Assembly (NCBI GenBank): GCA_950097015.1
Contig: CATNEN010000003.1
Location: forward strand, 2,480,001 to 2,544,000
Length of the DNA stretch: 64,000 bases
Direction: 5' to 3'
Source of the DNA: Macrostomum hystrix
Taxonomy: Eukaryota > Animalia > Platyhelminthes
The notes beneath the pieces are model-generated. The model did not search any database. It was not told the origin of the DNA and saw nothing but the letters and a program-made list of their open reading frames with translations. This document shows, one piece after another, positions 42,501 to 54,500 of this stretch (positions within the stretch are counted from its first letter, which is position 1; each line of letters opens with the position of its first letter). The position numbers and the translations under genes were made by a program.

Positions 42501-45500
42501 TAGCGGTTAGCGGCTGAGTTGTATGAGTTGGGATCTGTGTGAGCACGGTCCTGAGTAGTGTAAAGAGGGTTACGTGTTTAACAAATACCTAGTGTTTTAT
42601 ACTCTTTAAGACACCTGTGACAGTTTTAATGATACCTGTGACATTATAAGATACATGTGACAGTCTCAATGATACCTGTGACATTAAAAGATACCTGTGA
42701 CAGTCTCAATGATACCTGTGACATTATAAGATACATGTGACAGTCTCAATGATACCTGTGACATTAAAAGATACCTGTGACAGTCTCAATAATACCTGTG
42801 ACAGTCTCAATGATACCTGTGACAGTCTCAATAATACCTGTGACAGTCTCAATGATACCTGTGACAGTCTCAATAATACCTGTGACAGTCTCAATAATAC
42901 CTGTGACAGTCTCAATGATACCTGTGACAGTCTCAATAATACATGTGACAGTCTCAATAATATCTGTGACAGTCTCAATGATACCTGTGACAGTCTCAAT
43001 AATACCTGTGACAGTCTCAATAATACCTGTGACAGTCTCAATAATACCTGTGACAGTCTCAATAATACCTGTGACAGTCTCAATAATACCTGTGACAGTC
43101 TCAATAATACCTGTGACAGTCTCAATAATACCTGTGACAGTCTCAATAATACCTGTGACAGTCTCAATAATACCTGTGACAGTCTCAATGATACCTGTGA
43201 CAGTCTCAATAATACCTGTGACAGTCTCAATAATATCTGTGACAGTCTCAATGATACCTGTGACAGTCTCAATAATACCTGTGACAGTCTCAATAATACA
43301 TGTGACAGTCTCAATAATACCTGTGACAGTCTCAATGATACCTGTGACAGTCTCAATAATACCTGTGACAGTCTCAATAATACCTGTGACAGTCTCAATA
43401 ATACCTGTGACAGTCTCAATGATACCTGTGACAGTCTCAATAATACCTGTGACAGTCTCAATAATACCTGTGACAGTCTCAATGATAACTGCGAGTCTTG
43501 ACTCTTATACAAGTAACAGTCTCTAAAATACCTGTGACAGGCTATAAGATACCTGTGACAGGCTCTAAGATACATGTGACAGCCTTCTAAACTCCCAATG
43601 ATACCTGTTACAGTCTGTAAGAACACAAAAACATGAAACAGGGGTCTCACCTCAACCAGCAAGAAGTCCAAAATCAGTCTTCCCTCCAACCAGTTAGGTT
43701 GCTTCACAATGTTCAGCCTTAGCCGCCGTAACTGAGCTAGCAGCTTAGTAGTTTCCATGGCAATTTTTAATTCGTCAATTCTTACGTAGGTCTGCCATTT
43801 AAGAGGACTCTGCACTATGTTCTCTTGCTGCCGCTGTTGCTTAGCAAAGTTTGGCAGGGCGGAAGGAATGCCAAGCAGGCGAGACAATGAAGGGCCGCTC
43901 CAGCTAGCCGCCCCGGCAACGGTTTCTAAGGAAGCCGGACTAAGCCTTAGTTGCACTTGTTCGGTTGCCTTGACAACAAGCGACAATCTAGAAATTATTA
44001 TTGATAAAGCTTCGATAATAATGATACAGGTACAAATTCGAAATTTCTATCTACCAGCAAATGCTGGTTCACGTTTTACAGATTCGAACTCCCGACCTCG
44101 CGTTAATAAGTCCGAAGCATTAACTGTTGAAAGGTCACGCTATTTTATCCCTGGGTATTTCACGGGGGTATTTCAAATACCCGCTGCCTACTACACGATA
44201 CCCGCTGCCTACTACACGATACCCGCTGCCTACTTCACGATACCCGCTGCCTACTTCACGATACCCGCTGCCTACTTCACGATACCCGCTGCCTACTTCA
44301 CGATACCCGCTGCCTACTACACGATACCCGCTGCCTACTTCACGATACCCGCTGCCTACTTCACGATACCCGCTGCCTACTTCACGATACCCGCTGCCTA
44401 CTTCACGATACCCGCTGCCTACTAAACGATACCCGCTGCCTACTTCACGATACCCGCTGCCTACTCCCAAACCTAATGACCGATTTTCGCGAAGTCAAGG
44501 AAGCACTGAAGTCAAACCGCTCACTTGGGCAAATCCATGGCAGCATTGACGCCGAGTTCGCAAGCAATCCGACTGTCTGCTAGTGGCAGAGCATCTGCCA
44601 GCTTCTCGTTATTGTCACCAGCCGCAGTAGCGCCGCAATAGGCTACAATTTGCCACCTCAGCCTCAACTGATGCACTGAGGTTGGCGCATTGTTAGCTGT
44701 CAGGCACAGTTGGGTTAGATGCTCATCGATTAGGCTGCTAGCCCTGCAACCAGTCCTGAATCTGCCACCAGCCTTCAGCCACAGCAGTTCGACTTCATCG
44801 AATAGACAGACTAGCTCGCTGGAATCAGCAACTGGTCCAGCTGGCAGGTGAAAGGATAATTGATCTAGGTGGCCGCGAAATCTCAGATCCTGTCTCTCGC
44901 TACCGTGAGAACCATTGCGACCGCGTCTTGTAAGATAGCGCAATGTTCGCAGTAGGTCTTCGTCCAATTCGGGCTCGACATTGTCGGCTGGATCGAAGTT
45001 AGCTGACGATGGCACGCGAAAGAAATCAGTGAGGTGAGTCGCTGTTGACTGTCAGAAAGCAGGCAGAGAGATTCGGTATGTCATTTAGTCATGTAGATTA
45101 GCCTCATTGTCTAATCTCATAGTGTCTAATGTCAGTGTCTAATCTCAGAGTGTCTAATGTCAGTGTCTAATCTCAGAGTGTCTAATGTCAGTGTCTAATC
45201 TCATAGTGTCTAATGTCAGTGTCTAATCTCATAGTGTCTAATGTCAGTGTCTAATCTCAGAGTGTCTAATGTCAGTGTCTAATCTCAGAGTGTCTAATGT
45301 CAGTGTCTAATCTCAGAGTGTCTAATGTCAGTGTCTAATCTCATAGTGTCTAATGTCAGTGTCTAATCTCAGAGTGTCTAATGTCAGTGTCTAATCTCAT
45401 AGTGTCTAATGTCAGTGTCTAATCTCATAGTGTCTAATGTCAGTGTCTAATCTCAGAGTGTCTAATGTCAGTGTCTAATCTCAGAGTGTCTAATGTCAGT

Positions 45501-48500
45501 GTCTAATCTCAGAGTGTCTAATGTCAGTGTCTAATCTCAGAGTGTCTAATGTCAGTGTCTAATCTCAGAGTGTCTAATGTCAGTGTCTAATCTCATAGTG
45601 TCTAATGTCAGTGTCTAATCTCATAGTGTCTAATGTCAGTGTCTAATCTCATAGTGTCTAATGTCAGTGTCTAATCTCAGAGTGTCTAATGTCAGTGTCT
45701 AATCTCAGAGTGTCTAATGTCAGTGTCTAATCTCATAGTGTCTAATGTCAGTGTCTAATCTCAGAGTGTCTAATGTCAGTGTCTAATCTCAGAGTGTCTA
45801 ATGTCAAGGGTGTCTAATCTCATAGTGTCTAATGTCAGTGTCTAATCTCATAGTGTCTAATCTTAGAGTGTCTAGTCTAATCTCATAGTGCCTTATCTAA
45901 GAGTGTCTAATCTCACAGTGCCTTATCTAAGAGTGTCTAATCTCATAGTGCCTTATCTAAGAGTGTCTAATCTCATAGTGCCTTATCTAAGAGTGTCTAA
46001 TCTCATAGTGCCTTATCTAAGAGTGTCTAATCTCATAGTGTCTAATCTTAGAGTGTCTAGTCTAATCTCATAGTGCCTTATCTAAGAGTGTCTAATCTCA
46101 CAGTGCCTTATCTAAGAGTGTCTAATCTCATAGTGCCTTATCTAAGAGTGTCTAATCTCATAGTGCCTTATCTAAGAGTGTCTAATCTCATAGTGCCTTA
46201 TCTAAGAGTGTCTAATCTCACAGTGCCTTATCTAAGAGTGTCTAATCTCATAGTGCCTTATCTAAGAGTGTCTAATCTCAATCTGGAACTCACAACGCAG
46301 TGCACAATGCGACAGGCGCCAATCTCCAGACTGCATGGAGAATTTGCTGGCCGACGCAGTTTGATAAATTTCAACTTTTTGGACTTGGAGCCGGCAGTTT
46401 CAGGGTGACTGCATCGACAGGCTTCAGTGGCAACCAGCGGCCTACCGTCATAGCCAGTGGCTGAGACTGATGACAGAGAGGCCTTCAAGCTGCAATATTT
46501 CATTTGAGGATCAATTAGCCTTTTAAAAAATCAAGCTAGTCGAAATAAACACACCGAATTCCCTGAATAAACCACACCGAATTCCCTGAATAAACCACAC
46601 AGAATTCCCTGAATAAACCACACCGAATTCCCTGAATAAACCACACCGAATTCCCTGAATAAACCACACCGAATTCCCTGAATAAACCACACCGAATTCC
46701 CTGAATAAACCACACCGAATTCCCTGAATAAACCACACCGAATTCCCTGAATAAACCACACCGAATTCCCCGAATAGACCACACCGAATTCCCTGAATAG
46801 ACCACACCGAATTCCCTGAATAAAACACACCGAATTCCCTGAATAAACCACACCGAATTCCCTGAATAAACCACACCGAATTCCCTGAATAAACCACACC
46901 GAATTCCCTGAAAAGACCACACCGAATTTCCTGAATAAACCACACCGAATTCCCTGAATAAACCACACCGAATTCCCTGAATAAACCACACCGAATTCCC
47001 TGAATAAACCACACCGAATTCCCTGAATAAACCACACCGAATTCCCTGAATAAACCACACCGAATTCCCTGAATAAACCACACCGAATTCCCTGAATAAA
47101 CCACACAGAATTCCCTGAATAAACCACACCGAATTCCCTGAATAGACCACACCGAATTTCCTGAATAGACCACACCGAATTCCCTGAATAAACCACACCG
47201 AATTCCCTGAATAAACCACACCGAATTCCCTGAATAAACCACACCGAATTCCCTGAATAAACCACACCGAATTCCCTAAATAAACCACACCGAATTCCCT
47301 GAATAAACCACACCGAATTCCCTGAATAAACCACACCGAATTCCCTGAAAAGACCACACCGAATTTCCTGAATAAACCACACCGAATTCCCTGAAAAGAC
47401 CACACCGAATTTCCTGAATAAACCACACCGAATTCCCTGAATAAACCACACCGAATTCCCTGAATAAGCTACACCGAGTATCCTGAATTTCAGATAGAAC
47501 TAGCAAGTTTTGCCCCCCTTCGGGGAGCAGAAATACTTTTAATTCGTCTAGTATATACTTTTTAGCAGCTGAATTTACAGCTTTTTAAAGCTACAATGAT
47601 CCCCCAGTTGACAATGATCCCCCAGTTGACAATGATCCCCCAGTTGACAATGAACCCCCAGTTGACAATGAACTCCCAGTTGACAACGATCCCCCAGTTG
47701 ACAATGATCCCCCATTTGACAATGATCCCCGAGTTGACGATGATCCCCCAGTTGACAATGATCCCCCAGTTGACAATGATCCCACAGTTGACAATGATCC
47801 CCCAGTTGACAAAGATCCCCCAGTTCACAATGATCCCCCAGTTGATGATGATCCCCCAGTTGATGATACCCCATTTGAAAATGATCCCCCAGTTGACAAC
47901 GATCCCCCAGTTGACAATGATCCCCCATTTGACAATGATCCCCCAGTTGACAATGATCCCCCAGTTGACAATGATCCCACAGTTGACAATGATCCTCCAG
48001 TTGACAAAGATCCCCCAGTTCACAATGATCCCCCAGTTGATGATGATCCCCCAGTTGATGATGATCCCCCATTTGAAAATGATCCCCCAGTTGACAATGA
48101 TCCCCCAGTTGAGAATGATCCCCCAGTTGAGAATGATCCCCCAGTTAACAAAGATCCCCCAGTTCACAATGATCCCCCAGTTGATGAAGTCTCCCCATTG
48201 ATGATGATGCCCAGTTAACAATGTTCCTCCAGTTGACAATGTTCCCCCAGTTGACAATGATCCCCCAGTTGATGATGATCACCCAGTTGACAATGATCCC
48301 CCAGTTGACAATGATCCCCCAGTTGACAATGAACCCCCAGTTGACAATGATCCCCCAGTTGACAATGATCCCCCAGTTGACAATGATCCCCCAGTTGACA
48401 AAGATCCCCCAGTTCACAATGATCCCCCAGTTGATGATGATCCCCCAGTTGATGATGATCCCCAGTTGATGATGATTCCCCAGTTGACAATTATCCCCCA

Positions 48501-51500
48501 GTTGACCATTACCCCCCAGTTGACAATGATCCCCCAGTTCACAATGATCCCCCAGTTGACAATGATCCCCCAGTTGACAATGATCCCCCAGTTGACAATG
48601 ATCCCCCAGTTGACAAAGATCCCCCAGTTCACAATGATCCCCCAGTTGATGATGATCCCCCAGTTGATGATGATCCCCAGTTGATGATGATCACCCAGTT
48701 GACAATGATCCCCAAGTTGACCATGATCCCCCATTTGATGATGATTCCCCAGTTGACAATTTTCCCCCAGTTGACCATTACCCCCTAGTTGACAATGATC
48801 CCCCAGTTCACAACGATCCCCCAGTTGACAATGATTCCCCAGTTGACAATTATCCCCCAGTTTACCAAGATCCTCCAGTTGACGATTATCCCCCAGTTTA
48901 CCTTGATCCCCATTTTGATGATGACTCCCCAGTTGATGTTGATTTTTCAAACGCTGGGTTAGCCAAGATTCAAACTCAGGTTTCGCCATGTTTTAAACCC
49001 TGGTTTAGCTATGATTCAAACTCTGGTTTTGCCATGATTCAGACTCTGTTGTAGCCATGATTCAGACTCTGGTTTAGCCATGATTCAGACTCTGGTTTAG
49101 CTATGAGCCATGATTCAGACTCTGGTTTAGCCATGATTCAGACTCTGGTTTAGCCATGATTCAGACTCTGGTTTAGCCATGATTCAGACTCTGGTTTAGC
49201 CATGATTCAGACTCTGGTTTAGCTATGATTCAAACTCTGGTTTTGCCATGATTCAGACTCTGGTTTAGCCATGATTCAGACTCTGGTTTAGCCATGATTC
49301 AGACTCTGGTTTAGCCATGATTCAGACTCTGGTTTAGCCATGATTCAGACTCTGGTTTAGCCATGATTCAGACTCTGGTTTAGCCATGATTCAGACTCTG
49401 GTTTAGCCATGATTCAAACTCTGTTTTAGCCGGTGTGCTATGATTTATGATATTTTATTTACGAAATGAAAAAATAAATTAAAATAATCTTCAATCACTA
49501 CTGGCTGAAAATTAGTCTAAATGATTTGACGCAGTGCAGAATCGAACCCTAGCCTAGCCTAACCTATTCCTAGTGCCTACACATCGGCTATTCCGACTGT
49601 TGGTTAGTGCGTCAATAGGCCAAGATGTTTGACCTTTGAAAAGTCATGTTTTTCGAATATTTAATCCCTTTAGAAATAAAGTTAAGCTTAATAAAAATAC
49701 GTGTATAATTGTCCCTATATTTGGCATCTTTTGGTGAAGAAATGGTGAAAATCGGTTGAGCCGTTCGGGAGAAAATCAATTACAACCAACCAAGCAACCA
49801 TTTCATTTTTAGTATAGTGGAAGAGGATGGATGGAGGAGGATGGAGGATTACGTGCGGATATGAAATCTAGCTTTTCTAATATAATTAAACTTATCATTA
49901 GAAAAATCTCAAAGCTTTGTAGGAAATGGCAAAGTTCAGATATTCAAGCATTCTACGAGAATGTAGACAAGGGATGTCCAAAAAGTAGTGATACTTTTGC
50001 TCGTATAGCCTTACTGCATGCTTGAAAATCAGCAAGTTTGGTGTTGTTGGAAAGCGAAAAATATCAGCCTTAATTTGACTAAAAAATCATCCTCATATGT
50101 TGTTTTTTTTAAAAGTTATCACTGTCTATTTGAGCAAGGGTTGCTCATAGACTTACAAAAATACTGTATGGTTGACTTTGTTGAGTTTTTATCTGCCTCA
50201 AAGATTCATGAAGCTTTAGAGCTTAACAAATCAATAAATGTAAACCAATAAATACTGGGGTAGCATTTTACGAGCGTACGAGGGTTGCTTTTTTGTCTGT
50301 GGTAAATTGTGGCTAAGTCTTCTTCGCACTGCCTGCTTGCTTCTGCCTGCCTGCCTGCTTCTGCACTGCCAGCTCATTTTTCTTTCACAAGTGCTTGCTT
50401 TTTCAAGACCAGATTCTGTTCAACTGACAGTTATGGACGTGCGCTCAAAGGAAGGACAGCGGCACGCAATTCACACACTATGGAGTATTGGGAAAAGTGG
50501 ATTCTTGATCTGCTGGAAGAAGACTGCAGAATGACAGTTCGTGAGATTGCTGACAGACTCGACACGGTGGCTGGAATCAGTTCCGCCAGTTGATTGTTAC
50601 TGGCGACGAGACGTGGGTTCCACATTTTGACCCGCCGACAAAGCAAGAGTCTAAAGTGTGGACACTTAAGGGTTCCGACCCACCACTCAAGGCTCGCCGT
50701 GAAACTCACTGTAAGAAAATCATGCTGTCAGTTTTCTTTGACTGTAATGGCCCAATCACCATTGACTTCCTGGAGCCGAATACGATGATCAACGCAGACC
50801 GTTATTCGTCTCTCCTTGCAAGCCTGAAGGCAGACATCCAAAATAAGCGGCGCTCGGGAGTCAAGCCAGTCATCCTGCATCATGACAACGCCCGGCCGCA
50901 CACTGCCCACCAAACAATGGAGGCCATCAAAAAGCTAAAGTTTGACCTTCTGCCTCATCCGCCATATTCGCCAGATCTCGCGCCTGCGGATTTTGCCCTT
51001 TTCCCTCAATTGAAGCGCCACCTGAGGGGCCGTGTCCATGTCAGCCGTGATCACCTGGAACAGGAAGTCCGCAGAGTACTTTTGCACGTGATTCCGCGAC
51101 AGATCTACGCAGATGCGATTGATCACTTGTTTCGTCGCTGGGAGAAGTGCGTGCAATCGGGGGGTAATTATGTCGAGAAAGCTTCCCTCCCTGATGATGA
51201 TGAGTCATACTAACTGTCGAAACTTCTTGACCTGTTACACCATGCATAAATTCATTGTAACTCTATGGCTGACCTTGTTGTGTGTTTCTATTCATAACTT
51301 TATTATAGGTTGTGTTTTTGTTAAATGTTTGCAGTCAAATTAAAGCTGATATTTTTCGCTTTCCAACAACACCAAACTTGCTGATTTTCAAGCATGCAGT
51401 AAGGCTGTACGAGCAAAAGTATCACTACTTTTTGGACACCCCTCGTATATACAAAAAAGTTGAAGCAAAGTGCATAATCACAAACAGTTTCTGACCTGTA

Positions 51501-54500
51501 CTTGTTGTCAACACGCTTTAGGCTAGCTAGAATGCATTTAAATTGCACATTTAGAATCGAAGATCGCCTGTAAAAGCGAAAATGTGGGTTAAAGCAGATA
51601 AGCGCACAAAAAGTGTATATGTAATGTCACCGACTCTTTGTCATATTTTTAGCGATGATAATATCCGAAGCCAGAAAAATTCTAAATATAGATAAAAACA
51701 CACAGCAAAATCTATCCTGTCTTTAATGTACAAGGAATCTCACCTGTCTCTCAGGGCAAAGCAGATTTCATCGACGTCAAGCAGCACCTTGGCGTTGAAA
51801 TCTTGCACAATGGCGCCTGAAGAGGTGACAGCAGCGTTGCCACTAGCAACGGCGTCGCAGCCAGGTCCGCCAGCTCTGTGACCATGAGTATAATCTGCCT
51901 CCATTGCTGTAGCCTGACGGAAGTCTCGACGAAATAATCTCTGCGAGAGTTGTTTGCAGCTTTTTTTGGCTCACGAGGATTAGGAGACGGGAAGAGGATT
52001 ATGAGACGGGAAAGAGGATTAGGAGACGGGGAAGAAAATTAGGAGACAGGGAAGAGTATTAGGAGACAGGGAAGAGTATTAGGAGACAGGGAAGAGGATT
52101 AGGAGACGGGGAAGAGGATTAGGATACGGGAAAGGGATTATGAGACGGGGAAGAGGATTATGAGACGGGGAAGAGGATTAGGAGACGGGGAAAAGGATTA
52201 GGAGACGGGGGAAAGGATTAGGAGACGGAGAAAAGGATTAGGAGACGGGGAAGAGAGTTAGGAGAGAGGGTTAGGAGACGGGGAAAAGGATTAGGAGACG
52301 GAGAAAAGGATTAGGAGACGGGGAAGAGGATTAGGAGACGGGGAAGAGGATTAGGAGATGGGGAAGAGAGTTAGGAGAGAGGGTTAGGAGAGGGGAAGAG
52401 GATTAGGAGACGGAGAAAAGGATTAGGAGACGGGGAAAAGGATTAGGAGACGGGGAAAAGGATTAGGAGACGGGGAAAAGGATTAGGAGACGGAGAAAAG
52501 GATTAGGAGACGGGGAAGAGAGTTAGGAGAGAGGGTTAGGAGACGGGGAAAAGGATTAGGAGACGGAGAAAAGGATTAGGAGACGGGGAAGAGGATTAGG
52601 AGACGGGGAAGAGGATTAGGAGACGGGGAAGAGAGTTAGGAGAGAGGGTTAGGAGAGGGGAAGAGGATTAGGAGACGGAGAAAAGGATTAGGAGACGGGG
52701 AAAAGGATTAGGAGACGGGGAAAAGGATTAGGAGACGGGGAAAAGGATTAGGAGACGGGGAAAAGGATTAGGAGACGGGGAAAATGATTATGAGACGGGG
52801 AAAAGGATTAGGAGACGGGGAAAAGGATTAGGAGACGGGGAAAAGGATTAGGAGACGGGGAAAATGATTATGAGACGGGGAAAAGGATTAGGAGACGGGG
52901 AAAAGGATTAGGAGACGGGGAAGAGGATTAGGAGATGGGGAAGAGAGTTAGGAGAGAGGGTTAGGAGAGGGGAAGAGGATTAGGAGACGGAGAAAAGGAT
53001 TAGGAGACGGGGAAAAGGATTAGGAGACGGGGAAAATGATTATGAGACGGGGAAAAGGATTAGGAGACGGGGAAAAGGATTAGGAGACGGGGAAAAGGAT
53101 TAGGAGACGGGGAAAAGGATTAGGAGACGGGGAAAATGATTATGAGACGGGGAAAAGGATTAGGAGACGGGGAAAAGGATTAGGGTACGGGGAAGAGGAT
53201 TAGGAGACGGGGAAGAGAGTTAGAACGGGGAAGAGAGTTAGGAGAGAGGGTTAGGAGAGGGGAAGAGGGTTATGAGACGGGGAAAATAATTAAGTGAAGG
53301 GAAGAGGATTATGAGGGGGGAATTAGGTTAGAAGAAGGGAAGAGAAATTGGAGTGGGGTTGGAAAAAGAGAATAGGGAGATAAAACAGATTGCAAACAGT
53401 TCTGTTATTAAACTGACTTACATTGAGTCGGTCTACCTGCCCAGTGAGCAGTTCATACTGTCTGCTGCTCATCTCAAAGTTGAAACTACGCAAAGTCATA
53501 TGCAGCAAGGCTTTCGGTTTGGAGAACGCCTCAGATATTTTGACTTGCAGGTTTATAGTTAAAGGGTTCAGAACTGGAAAGTTTGCAAAAATCAAGTATT
53601 AATCAGTATAAACCGGGGGTATTCAAAAAAACTCCTAAATTTTCGATGATGATTCCTTTGACGATGAAAGAATTATGTGTACACACCCTGTGTACTGTAT
53701 CCGTCTGGTTGAGTTTGTACTTAGAGGTAGATTCCGGCCCACAGCCCCCCTGCAAATCATAATATTATAATAATCGGCAGTGTATATAAGTTATTTTACC
53801 TGGATGAAACCTCAACTGTTTATTGCCAGTAAATATTTCCGACATGGCCAATTTCAGTTCCTCCTAAAACGCCATTAAAAACAATGCCGCAATATAAATA
53901 ATCTAGCTAATGTGCCACCAATTAAAAATAAAATTCTGTAAAATATTGAATTTACATGCTGCATCTCCAGCCTACTTAACGTAGGCGACAGGTGCACAGT
54001 CAGTGAAGTCAGTTCCATCGACTGAAATGTTGAAAAATGTCACGAATATTTACTATTGCACACGAAATCCGTTGATATTTTAACATCAAATATTCTATTA
54101 GTCTCAAATAAGTAAACTACAATCTAGTGACAGTGTCACCTCCAAAATCTACGCTATACTATTACAAAATCTAAAAAGCACTCTGCCTTCAAAGTCAACA
54201 CTCTACCCTAACTTTCCTATCAAAACTCAACCCTTCCTTTCAAATCTACACTCTACCCTACATTTCCTATTAAAACTCTACCCTACCTTTCAAATCTACA
54301 CTCTACCCTACCTTTCCTATCAACTATCTACCCTACTTTTCAAATCTACACTCTACACTACCTTTCCTATCAAAACTCAACCCTTTCTTTCAAATCTACA
54401 CTCTACCCTACCTTTCCTATCAAAACTGTACCCTAAATACAAAATCTACACTCTACCCTAGCTTTCCGATCTAATATCAACACTCAACCATCAAAATCTA

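Noticed and set aside
41300-43615. Intron birth by tandem duplication of an exonic AG|GT segment
   Set aside because: The repeat units do not resemble the flanking exon ends, and the real splice sites lie outside the arrays
51975-53325. Telomeric repeat
   Set aside because: The unit contains TTAGGA within a ~21-bp period, not tandem TTAGGG
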